A stretch of 64,000 bases of DNA. Source: Anolis carolinensis (taxonomy: Eukaryota). Positions within the stretch are counted from its first letter, which is position 1, and each line of letters starts with the position of its first letter. The stretch spans positions 7,551,190 to 7,615,189 of the forward strand of contig NC_085846.1 of NCBI RefSeq assembly GCF_035594765.1, written 5' to 3'. Shown in pieces: positions 1-11,359 of the stretch. The notes beneath the pieces were generated by a model that saw nothing but the letters and a program-made list of their open reading frames with translations, did not search any database and was not told where the DNA came from. The position numbers and the translations under genes were made by a program.

Positions 1-72
1 GATCATGACTTTGGATTACGTGATTTTAATGACTGATATAACTGTTTTTATATGTTTTAATCCTTGTGTGTG

Positions 73-385
73 CCCCTCCTGGGCACACAGAAGACTGGGC
101 GACTTGGATGGCACTGAACAGACTGCGCTGCACTATGGCACCACGGGATTCAGAGCCAGCCTTAAGAAATGGGGCTACAAAGTAGAGTCCACAACATGCA
201 AACCACAAACCTACTACAATGCAGTCTGAGCCCTGCCACATGCACAACCAGAGGCACTCCCAAGTGACCAGCTAAATGTCAAAGGACATTTAGTATAATG
301 CCATGTTATTAACTTTGTTTGTGTTTTTAAATACATTGCAAATATACCCTAGGTTCGCTTCTGACATGATAAAAAATAAAAAAAA
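73..385 (+). mobile_element. Vingi-type non-LTR retrotransposon 3' fragment
   Basis: Degenerate ORF end (DWATW..LNRLR / ASLKKWGYKVESTTC) and tail GCTTCTGACATGAT followed by an A-rich run. Confidence 0.6.
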
Positions 386-453
386 CCACACCAAAAATGG
401 GGTGCAACTATTACGCAACGGCGACTATTGTGCGATGAAATATGGGTATTTAC

Positions 454-3400
454 CTCTTTCTGGTGCTGCTGTCCTGTCTCCTCTCCCCATGCTATCAGGG
501 GTTTTGCATCCCCAGTGCCAGGCTTCCCAGCCAGTCGTGGCCTCTCGCACACAGCGCACAGCACTGTGGCTGCCTCGTTCTCAAAGGTGCAGGACTGACA
601 TGACCATCGGCCCCGGGCCAGATGTCCCAAGCTCTTGTGCTCTTCCTCTGTGTTGGCGCTCACAGGTGTCTTGCAGCCGCGAGGACGGTCACAAGCTACG
701 CACAAGATGGCGCGGGCGTCATTGTTCATGTGGCAGGCTGCGCAGCACCAGGGAGGGCGTTGAGTGGGAACGCTGAGCCAGGAAGTCGGGAGGGAGTCAG
801 TCGGCGGCCGCAAAGATGCAGCATCGGGAGTTATGACAGACACGCTTCAAACAAACCAGAATCACACCTTTAATAGACGTTCGCACTTCATAGGGAGTCA
901 ACCATTCATTCATATCTGAACTACAAATTAGGTACTGAAAAGATTTACTTTTTGGGCCACAGTTCCCAGAATCCCCCTCCCAGCTACCACGGTTCTTTTC
1001 TGTTGTCAAGCAAAGTCACTTTGCTAGGCTTGCAAGGACTGAACAGTTTATTTCCTGATTTTAAAAAGAGCCCTCACTAAATTTCAGTTTTAAAAAGTTG
1101 ACTGAAAATTAAAATTGGATGTATACCTTGAGAAAGGTTCTGCTAAAAAAAAAATTGAAACTAAATGTGAGATATGGTGACTGCAGCACAAACAGTTTAT
1201 GCTAAATATTGGGAATGGGTTGATAGCTCTTCAAATGTAGGTTGGTTAAAATGTTTTGGAATCAGAAGAAATTGATAAATTAACCCATTAAGGGATAGAA
1301 TTGGAGATAATGGAGTTTATTTACAAAATATTTGGAAAGAACATAAAAAGATTGAATGATAATATGCTTCGAGGAATGAAAATTATGGACATATTACAAA
1401 TGGGCATATTACAAAGAGTACACCTTTTGCTGCTGCGCATTACATTCATCAAAAAATCCTTTTTTTGGTTTCAGGGTTTTGAAAATTGAGATGCGCATTA
1501 TTTATTTACAGTATTTATATTCTGCCCTTCTCACCCCGAAGGGGACTCAGGGTGGATTACAATGAACACATATATGGCAAACATTCAACAGCCAAACAAC
1601 ATATATAGACAGACACAGAGGCATTTAACATTTTTTTTCCAGCTTCACGATTCCGGCCACAGGGGGAGCTATTGCTTCACTGTCCACTAGTGGCTGTACT
1701 TCCTCATTCCTTTCCTCGTGTTTTGCTGGCAGTTTTTATGATGTTGTAAATTAGTTAAATTAGCCTCCCACACAAAGCGTACCTAAATTTCCCTACTTGA
1801 CAGATGCAACTGTCTTTCGGGGCTGCATAGGTCAACAGCAAGCTGGGCTATTTAATGGTCGGGGGCTTAACCCGACCCGGGCTTCAAACTCATGACCTCT
1901 CGGTCAGTAGTGATTTATTGTAGCTGGTTACTAGCCAGCTACGCCACAGCTGACACCATTAGACTTAAGTAAATATGGGTAGTTGTAGTACAAAATAGCT
2001 ATTATGGATATGGCAAATCAAATAAATAGTTGGCCTTGAGTGGTTTTGTTTTACATTTAAATTCAATACATTTTGAATTAGATTTTAAAGAATTTTTGTG
2101 GAACTCCTATGATGCTTTTGTGGAACCCTAGAGTTCTGTGGGACAGTTTGGGAACCACTGTTCTTGGATACCTGGGAGGTGGCGCCGGCGGAGGGCTGCG
2201 CCAGGCTTGGTTATTCAGGGGCGCTCGGTGGTGATGGGTCCGCGAAGGGTGTTTGTGGAAGAGGAGGTCGCAGTCTGGGCACAAGGACTGGGCGCAGGCC
2301 GAGCAATGCAGGGAGGGAGGCTCCAGCCCACAGAGCAGGCAGGCATCCGGGGGTAAGTACCCTGCAGGGGAGAACAAAAGAGGAAGCAGGGGCGAATTTA
2401 CCTTCCAAACCTTCACAGAAAACTGAGTGATCAAATGACCTCAAAGTGGACTAGAGACTTGAATTGCAAACTCCATTCCTGAATCACAAACTGGAAAGAA
2501 TTCTCTTTCAATGCCCGTCTCAGGGGTGTAAATTCCCAGGATCCCATACTATGTGCCAGACAATAAATTTCATCAAGTGAAAAATGTTCAATATTTTTTA
2601 CTAGAAAAAACTGTGGGCCTTTTAGGTCACCAGCCTCTGGAGGTCACATTACCTGTGTGTGAAAATGCTGGAACTGGGTGCTGGGGACTTTGTTCTTGAA
2701 CAGACACAGGGAAAGTGTCTGTCATGAGGCTGGCCTGAAAAGCAAAAGAGACACTCCATATAAGGGGAAGAGTTTTATTTATGCTTCCATGCCTTCAAGG
2801 AGGCCACATAAAAGGCTCTGGACACTTCTACGCCTTTCCAGTGGTATCCTTCTGCTTTTAAGTGGATTTCACGTGCTGAAACGTTCAATTTGTGGTTTAA
2901 CATTCTACTTCTTTTATCTTGTTTTACTATGATTATGTTTGCTGTGGCCAGACTTCACCACCCATATGATCCTTTTTTGACCAGTAGGCAATTTAAAATT
3001 GAAATGGTAAAAATAAATACATAAAATTAACATGGTCTGCCTATGATTGCCCTTGAAAAGTTTTTTAGTTTAAAGAGGGATGCAGATTTAAAATCTAAAC
3101 ACCTAAGAAAGTGTTGCATGGATCAGCTGTGCTTTGCAGGCTGGAAAGGTGTGTAGAACTAGATCCTGGCTTGCAGTGCAAATACACACAGCTGAGTTTT
3201 GTTTTGAAACCCAGAAAGTTGAGCTCTCTTTTGCAGTCTGAGAAAGTACCTCAGGCAGTTAGGCTCTGCTTTGCAATTCAGACTCACCCTTAAATTGTCA
3301 CCTCCCTGCATTAACTCATGCAGCACCAGAGGATTAGGGTGGTTATCCTGAAAGGGAAAAAGAACCATGTATATTCTTCAACTCACAGCAGGGCTTCAAT

Positions 3401-5290
3401 ACTTCCCCACCTCTTCCCCTCCTTACTCCCCACTTTAATCCAATATTTTTGGGGATCCCGGCCTTATCGTACCGAAAGGAGGAGATTCAGTTCAGCGCGC
3501 AATAAAATCACATCCACTGTGATGGAGGCAACAAGGGGGATGTCTGGTTCCTGTAGATGTTCAGGGAAGCACAGCCCATCCGTCTGTTCTTCAGAGTAGC
3601 CATAAAGGCGAAGGACATCCCGGCCACCCTGCCAGAAACACAGAAGCTAATAAGCAAATGCAACACAGGGTGTCTCTTCTCCAGAGTCAGGCTGATTCTT
3701 CCCAATGGCTGGGAATGCCTTCATGATTTGAAGCCAAGCTGGCAATGACATAAAACGGGGTTTGTGGTGGTCACTTTCCTACTGAACATTCTGCCAAGGT
3801 CAGCCAGGCACCTTTTGGGGGAGGGGTGGGAGAGATAGTGCATTAGGGAGCTGGGGATGTTTAGCTTGGAGAAAGATGGAAAGGATATCACATTGAGGAG
3901 TGGGCAAGCTTGCTTTTTCCTGCTTTAGAAACTGGGAAACAGTGCAGCAAAGGATTCAAATTGCAGGAAAAGAGATTCCACCTAAACATTAGGAAAAACG
4001 TAGCTTGGTATCAAAAAGACTAACTTGGAGCCAGGTTATCATCCCAGGGGGGCAGGGGCAGAAAGTCCACAGATTCAAGAGACCACCACTGAGAAAGCCA
4101 TCTTCCAAGTACCCAGATATTCTGCTTCTGTTATAAGGACCACTGCAGTTAAGTGGTGTCAAACTGCATTAATTTTACAGTGTAGATATATCATTAAAAT
4201 AGATGGTTTTTTACGATTACATAACAAAAAGGAAGAGAAAACAAAAGTGAAGCAGAATGGATGGGGGAAAGACAAAAGTGTATGTGGCTTGAGTCAGTGA
4301 GATGTGAATATCTTTCTCACCTGGATGGTATCCACTGTGTCACGGAAGACGGGATTGTTGAACTTAACCGTTCGCCAGAACCGGGGCTTGTGGGGGTTCA
4401 AGAGATTGCGGCCGTATTTCTCCAAGATATTCAAGGCAGTGGAGATTTTGTGAAAATCCTTTTCATGCTGGGAAGGAGTAGGGGGATTGGACTTAACATC
4501 TTATCAGACTCTGCACATTTACACAAACACAACCCTTATGGAAATCAACTCTACAACACTTTCAGACACAATACAACTGGTCTCTGAGACCCCATATGGA
4601 AGAGATATTATCAACTATTATTTATTTATTTATTTATTTATTGCAATATTTATATCCCGCCCTTCTCACCCAACAGGGGACTCAGGGCGGCTTACAATAA
4701 AACACATATATAAAAATTGTACAATGCACTATAAAACAGTTAAAATTATTAACTTACATCGGACATTCATAAAACACATTCTAAAATACAGATGGGCGTG
4801 TTCAATTTTAAATGACTGGGTCTGTCAATTGAGTTCCAGCGTACATAATAATAATTAGCACTGCTAATTGTTATTCGAATGCCTGGCCCCACAACCAAGT
4901 TTTAACCTTCCTATGGAAGGATAGGAGGGAGGGAGACTGCGTGACTTCACTGGGGAGGGCGTTCTATTATCAACCAACTAACTCCTAAGGACTACCGTGT
5001 TTCCCCGAAAATAAGACAGTGTCTTATATTAGTTTTTACTCCCAAAGATGTTCTAGGGCTTATTTTCAGGGGTTGTCCTATTTTTCCATGAAGAAGAATT
5101 CATATTCATTGTTGAACAAAAAAAATGAACATTGATTCTATACTGTACAGTAGTTGCCATCACAAACCAACATAACTAAACCAGACAAACTGTAACAAAT
5201 TTCTTGTTACTACCATTATTTCCATATACAACTGGTATGTAAGCTGCCCCGAGTCCCTCTGGGGAGATGGAGGTGGGGTATAAAAATAAA

Positions 5291-5349
<59 letters not shown>

Positions 5350-6171
5350 GTACATTTACCAATCCTGCATGCTATGGTCTTTTGTTTGGCGGGTGCCGGG
5401 CATGCTTCCAAACAAAAACTTTGCTAGGTCTTACTTTCGGGGGAGGCCTTATATTTAGCAATTCAGCAAAACTTCTACTAGGTCTTATTTTTTGGGAATG
5501 TCTTATTTTCAGGGAAACAGGGTAGAAGCTTACTTCTCAGTGTCTAAAAATGGAAGTTCGTGTTCTTAGGACTCTACACCACTCAGTCATGTCTTATGTA
5601 ACTACCTACAATAAATGCAAATTTAATTATAACCCATCCTACCAGTCTAGGTTTTAGTACCCTCATGCCAAGATTTCTTAATACTTACTCACTATACCTT
5701 GATCCTTACAACTATAGCTTCCCTGCCTCACCTATGTTGTTTTTGTTGTGGTTACTTCATGTTGTTGCTGTTGTTCTCTTCTTGCTCCTCCTTTTCCTCT
5801 TCCTCTTCTCTTCCTCCTCCATATATTCATGACAGACATTGCACATTCTGCTTATTCAGATACTTAAAGCCCCCAAACCATTCCAGAAAGTAGGGACATC
5901 ATCACACTACTCTCATCTCCATGGCTTCCAGGCTGTCCACTCATTTCAACCTCTATTCTTATACCTGATTTCCAAAATGTCCCCTTACCTGTCCCTGGGC
6001 ATTGGCTTGTATGAGGCCCCTGGCGTCTATTTCCTGGTACTTTTGAGTCACGGGCAATGTCACCTCCACCAAGCGCTGGACAGATTCCGGATTCTGCTCC
6101 GCAGGGCTCTTAATCAGAGCAGCCACCAATTCATCACGAAGGGCAGTGAACTTCCGCTCCACTTCCTCCAT
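454..6171 (-). CDS. RNF31: E3 ubiquitin ligase RNF31/HOIP (LUBAC catalytic subunit), first 7 coding exons; gene continues off the left end of the window
   Basis: Exons (minus): 6171-5989 (ATG; MEEVERKF...), 4467-4321 and 3628-3473 (PUB domain, ALNILEKYGRNLL..WRTVKFNNPVF / GGRDVLRLYGY), 3347-3288, 2734-2653, 2361-2172 (B-box CLLC..CSAC..CPDCD..FHKHPSR), 844-454 (ZF WCCAAC..CVAC and NZF1 WSCQSCTFEN..CAVCERP). All GT-AG with matching phases. Confidence 0.97.
1500..1950 (-). mobile_element. tRNA-derived squamate SINE with LINE-derived tail
   Basis: Reverse complement of the copy at 7306-7995 (GGCTGTGGCG head, B-box-like GAGTTTGAAGCC, A-rich tail). Confidence 0.6.
4993..5524. mobile_element. Non-autonomous Tc2/pogo-like DNA transposon containing an (ATT)n-tailed LINE end
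   Basis: TIRs CCGTGTTTCCCCGAAAATAAGACA / TGTCTTATTTTCAGGGAAACAGG with TA flanks. Confidence 0.7.
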
Positions 6172-6343
6172 GGCTGCCAACAAAATAAGTAGAGGGAAGG
6201 TGGAAGAACATAGTAAAAGATACAGAGAAAAGCAGACAAAGAGAAGTGAGAATGTTTCTTATAAACTATCTATCAGTGCTTTTCTTCAAGGAGTCAAGGC
6301 AGATTCTTATTGTATGGTAGAGATACAATCCTTTCTATCTTTC

Positions 6344-6380
<37 letters not shown>

Positions 6381-6984
6381 TTTTTATGTTATATCTATTC
6401 CTTCAAATATATATATTTAACTTTTAAATTTTATACATTATATACATTATAAAAGGTAGAGGTTTCCCCTGACATTAAGTCTATTATTATTTACAGCATT
6501 TACAGCATTTACAGCATTTATATTTCGCCCTTCTCACCCTGAAGGGGACTCAGGGCGGATCACATTACACATATAGACAAACATACAATGCCTTTTAACA
6601 TAGAACAAAGACAAGACAAACATAGGCTCCGAGCGGGCCTCGAACTCATGACCTCCTGGTCAGAGTGATTCATTGCAGCTGGTTACAGCTGGCTTGCTCT
6701 CCAGCCTGCGCCACAGCCCGAGCCCATTATTATTATTTATTCATTTCTATCCCGCTTTTCTCCCGTGGGTGGGATTCAAAGTGGCATACAACATATAAAA
6801 TTCATACAAATACATCAAACAGCAATACATAATCAATTAAAACATCATATCCCAATATAAAATTCCAATTAACATATCAAATAAAACAATTTTTAAAACT
6901 TACAGCAAGCACCATTTAAAGATATCCATAACCTCCAGCCAGTCAAGTTATTTGTCAAGTATTATAAAAAAAAATTTTTTTAGT

Positions 6985-7272
6985 TGAGTCCAACTCTGGG
7001 GGTTGGTGCTCATCTCCATTTTTAAGCCGAAGAGCCGGCATTGTCTGTAGACACCTCCAGGGTCATGTAGCCGGCATGACTGCATGGAGTGCCATTACCT
7101 TCCCGCCAAAGCGGTACCTATTGATCTACTCGCATTTGCATATTTTCAAACTGCTAGGTTGGCAGAAGCTGGGGCTAATAGCTGGAGCTCACTCTGCTCC
7201 CTGGATTCGAACCACCAACTGTTCAGTCCGCAAGTTCAGCAGCTCAGCGGTTTAACTTTTGTGCCACCATGG
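6985..7272 (-). mobile_element. Sauria SINE (tail displaced to ~6455-6480 by nested insertions)
   Basis: Matches copies at 47574-47795 and 51550-51852 (GGTACC..GATCTACT core, AAAGGT tail). Confidence 0.75.
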
Positions 7273-7305
7273 CCCCTCTTTATACATTATACATTCCTTT
7301 AAAAG

Positions 7306-7995
7306 GCTGGGCTGTGGTGCAGGCTAGTTAGCAGCCAGATGCAGTAAATCATTCTGACCAAGAGGTCATGAGTTTGAGGCCAGCCTGTGTCGGGGTGAGC
7401 ACCCGACAAAAATTAAAATATAGCTCCTGTTCGTTGCTGACCTACAACCCGAAAGATAGTTGCATCTATCAAGCAGGAAATTTAGGTACCACTTATATGT
7501 GGGGAGGCTAATTTACGACACCATAAAAATCATCCAGCCGCCACAGTGGATGATGAAGCAGCTGCTCCCCCTGTGGCCGGAATCAAGCATACCCTCGGGA
7601 AGTGTTGTCGAAGGCTTTCATGGCCGGGATCACAGGGTTGTTGTATGTCTTTCGGGCTGTGTGGCCATGTTCCAGAAGTATTCTCTCCTGACGTTTCGCC
7701 CACATCTATGGCAGGCTTGGATACCACACAACGTCTGAGAATGCCTGCCATAGATGTGGGCGAAACGTCAGGAGAGAATACTTCTGGAACATGGCCGCAC
7801 AGCCCGAAAGACATTCAACAACCCTGTACCCTCAGGAAGCTGGAGATAGTTTAAATTGCCTCTGTGTCTGTCTCTGTATTTGTTCTGTTATATGGCATTG
7901 AATGTTTGCCTTATATGTGTACAATGTGATCCGCCCTAAGTCCCCTTCGGGGTGAGAAAGAAGGGCGGAATATAAATACTGTAAATAAATAAATA
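7306..7995 (+). mobile_element. tRNA-derived SINE interrupted by an inverted Penelope pseudo-LTR pair (7603-7827)
   Basis: The insert is flanked by the duplication TACCCTC(G/A)GGAAG and is an ~80-bp-arm inverted repeat. Confidence 0.75.
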
Positions 7996-8195
7996 AACAT
8001 TTAACTTTTATGTACCATTGAGTCCTCTAAATATACCTTTATGTATTATATAGTCCTTTAAATATATCTATTTAACGTTTAACTTTAGCTTGCATAGATT
8101 ATGTATTCCACTATTAAATATATATTTCAGTTTTATGTATTATAGAGTCCTTTAAACATACATTTAATGTTTATATGTTAACTATTCCTTTAAAC

Positions 8196-8389
8196 CAGGC
8201 CTGGGCCAACTTGGGCCCTCCAGGGGTTTTGGACTTCAACTCCCAGAATTCTTAACAGCCTCAGGCCCTTTCCTTTTCCCCCTCAGCCGCTTAAGCGGCT
8301 GAGGGGGAAAAGGAAGGGGCCTGAGGCTGTTAAGAATTCTGGGAGTTGAAGTCCAAAACCCCTGGAGGGCCCAAGTTGGCCCAGGCCTG
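8196..8389. mobile_element. Palindromic hAT-like MITE (long form)
   Basis: Near-perfect 194-bp palindrome centred on CCGCTTAAGCGG with CAGG...CCTG ends. Confidence 0.85.
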
Positions 8390-8507
8390 GTTTAAATATA
8401 TATTAAACTTTTAACTATTTGTATAGATTATCTATTCCTTTAAATATACGTTTAACTTCTGTGTAGAAATGGGAAGGAGAGACCCCCCAAAACGGGGTCC
8501 TGCTTAC

Positions 8508-8760
8508 CAACTTGGGCCGGAAGTCGAGCCCCTTCCTCTTCTAATGAGCCCCAACAGCTGAAGGCTGAAGCGGAAGAGAGAAAACGGACGAGAAACGAAA
8601 GGGAAGGGCAAAGCAAGGGACGCCGACAGCGGCGCCATCTGGCAGGAGGAGGAACTGCAGCCCTGCTGAGCCAAGACGCACAGGGGACGCCTAACGAGGA
8701 CGCCTCTGCGCATGTCCAGAATACGTGGGGACTCCAATCTTGGGAAAGTGTATTGCTTTT
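8508..8760 (-). promoter_or_regulatory. RNF31: RNF31 CpG-rich promoter and probable non-coding first exon
   Basis: Minus-strand donor TG|GTAAGC at 8508/8507; the ATG exon begins after an acceptor (ttggcag|CCATG at 6173). ETS CCGGAAGT 8517-8524, CTCF/YY1-like CTGCCAGATGGCGC ~8632-8645, NRF1-like TGCGCATG ~8707. Confidence 0.7.
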
Positions 8761-8869
8761 TACTGTGTTAGCCACTTTGGGTCTCCTTTTTAGAGAGATA
8801 AACTGGGATGGTAATCATAATAATAATCATAACAATCATAGTTCCTTTTTGGGGAGAGTGGATATAAGA

Positions 8870-11190
8870 ACTGCTGTGCGCATAAAGTACTCTGCACATG
8901 GTCAGAGGCATTACAATGCAAATTTAAATGTGGCAGAATGGAAAAGGAGATCTGCTTCTATTCCAAAAAGCACTCTGTGCATGGTCAGAGACATTATAAG
9001 GCAAGCTTAAATGGGGAATAATGGGGAATGAGCACTGCCTATACTTCAAAAGGCACTCTGTGCATGCTCGGAGGCATTACAATGCAAACTTGAATGGGGA
9101 AGAAGGGAACAGGAGCTCTGTCTGTACTCCAAACAGCACTCTGTGCATGGTCAGAGGCATTACAATGCAAACTTAAATGAGGAAAAATGGTAAAGGAAAT
9201 TGGCCTGTACTCCAAAAGGCACTCTATGTATGGTCAGAGGCATTACAGTCGGGAAGAATGGAAAAGGAGCTTTGTAGTCCAAAAAGCACTCTGCACTTGG
9301 TCAGGGGCATTACAATGCAAACTTAAATTGGGGAGACTGGTAAAGGAGATTGGCTTGTGCTCCAAAAGGCACTCCGTGCATGGTCAAAGGCATTATAATG
9401 CAAGCTTAAATGGGGAATAATGGGGAATGAGCACTGCCTGTCCTCCAAAAGGCACTCTGTGCATGCTCAGAGGCATTACAATGCAAACTTGGATGGGGAA
9501 GAAGGGAACAGGAGCTCTGTCTGTACTCCAAACAGCACTCTGTGCATGGTCAGAGGCATTATAATGCAAACTTAGATGGGGTAGAATGGAAAATAAGATC
9601 TGCCTATACTCCAAGAGGCACTCTGTACATGTTCAGAGGCATTGCAATGCAAACTTAGATGGGGATGAATGGTGAACTTGTACTCTAAAAGGCACTCTGC
9701 GTATGGTCAGAGACATTACAATTCAAACCTAAATGGGGAAGCATGGAAAAGGAGATCTGCTTCTATTCCAAAAGATGCTCTGTGCATGCTCAGAGGCATT
9801 ACAATGCAAACTTAGATGGGGAAGAATGAACAAGGAGATCTGCCTAAACTCCAAAAGGCACTCTGTGCATGGTCAGAGACATTACAATGGGGAAGAATGG
9901 GAAAAGGAGCACTGTCTGTACTCCAAGAAGCACTCTGTGCATGGTCAGAGACATTGCAGTGCAATCCTAAATGGGGAAGAATGGAAAAGGAGATCTGCCT
10001 ATGTTCCTGAGAGCACTCTGTACATGCTCAGAGGCATTGCAATGCAAAGTTAGATGGGGATGAATGGTGAACCTGCACTCCAAAAGGCACTCTGTGTATG
10101 ATCAGAGGCATTACAATGCAAACTTAAATGGAGAAGAATGGAAAGGGAGATCTGCCTATATCCCTAAAAGCACTCTGCACATGATCAGAGGCATTATAAT
10201 GCAAACTTAGACGGGGAACAACTGAAAAGGAGCTCTGTCTGTACTCCAAAAGGCACTCTGTGCATGGTCAGAGACATTGCAATGCAAACTTAAATGGAAA
10301 AGAATGGAAAAGGAGCTCTGTCTGTAGTCCAAGAAGCACTCTGTGCATGGTCAGAGGCATTGCAATGCAAACCTAAATGGGGAAGAATGGAAAAGGAGAT
10401 CTGCTTCTATTCCAAAAGATGCTCTGTGCATGGTCAGAGGCATTACAATGCAAACCTAAATGGAGAAGCATGGAAAAGGAGCTCTGCCTGTACTCCAAAA
10501 GGCACTCTGTGCATGGTCAGAGGCATTACAATGGGAAATAATAGAAAAGGGGCTCTGCCTGTACTCCAAAAGGCACTCTGTGCATGGTCAGAGACATTAC
10601 AATGGGAAATAATGGAAAGGGGGCTCTGCCTGTACTCCAAGAGGCACTCTGTGCATGCTCAGAGGCATTGCAATGCAAACTTAAATGGGGAAGAATGGAA
10701 AAGGAGTTCTGCCTGTACTCCAAGGGGCACTCTGTACATGCTCAGAGGCATTATAATGCAAACTTAAATAGGGGAGAATGGCAAAGGAGATCTGCCTGTA
10801 CACTACGCACATGATCAGAGGCATTACAATGGGGAAGAATGGAAAAGGAGTTCTGCCTGTACTCCAAGGGGCACTCTGTGCATGCTCAGAGGCATTGCAA
10901 TGTAAACTTAGATGGGGAAGAATGGAAAATAAGACCGGCTTATACTCCAAAAGTCACTCTGTGTATGGTCAGAGGCATTGCAGTGCAAACCTAAATTGGG
11001 AAGAATGGAAAAGGGAGATCTGCCTGTACTCCAAAAGGCACTCTGTGCATGGTCAGAGGCATTACAATGGGGAAGATTGGAAGAGAAACTCTGCCTGAAC
11101 TCCAAACGGCACTCTGTGCATGGTCAGAGGCATTGCAATGCAAACTTAAATGTGGAAGAATGGGAAAAGGAGCTCTGTCTGTACTCCAAG
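8870..11190. repeat. Tandem array of ~29 copies of an ~83-bp unit (with 67-74 bp deletion variants)
   Basis: Consensus ACTCCAAAAGGCACTCTGTGCATGGTCAGAGGCATTACAATGCAAACTTAAATGGGGAAGAATGGAAAAGGAGATCTGCCTGT; the CACTC anchor recurs at 8971, 9054, 9137, 9220, 9287, 9370, 9453, 9536, 9619 ... 11110. Confidence 0.95.
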
Positions 11191-11194
11191 AAGT

Positions 11195-11359
11195 CATGCT
11201 TTGAGGGCGGGGCAGGGATCGCGTGGTGGGCGGAACGTGTGAATGCGAAAGCGAAAGACGCGTCCAGAGGTGGCTCAGCATTTGCAAAAAGAGTCTTTGT
11301 TTTTCCATTTATCTCCCTAACTTTGGCTTTGTCTCTCCCTGGAAAACCTGAGAATCAGC
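11195..11359 (+). promoter_or_regulatory. PSME2: PSME2 promoter/5'UTR with GC box and IRF-E/ISRE-like element
   Basis: GGGCGGGGC 11205-11213; GAAAGCGAAAG 11247-11257 (GAAANNGAAA); CpG-rich. PA28 genes are known to be interferon-gamma inducible. Confidence 0.75.

Noticed and set aside
303-873. Plus-strand ORFs of 157 and 83 aa
   Set aside because: Antisense shadows of the RNF31 zinc-finger exon.
8753-11308. Many overlapping Cys/His-rich ORFs (YSKRHSVHGQRHYNANL...)
   Set aside because: Translations of the 83-bp unit, which is not a multiple of 3, so frames shift and stop; no zinc-finger spacing.
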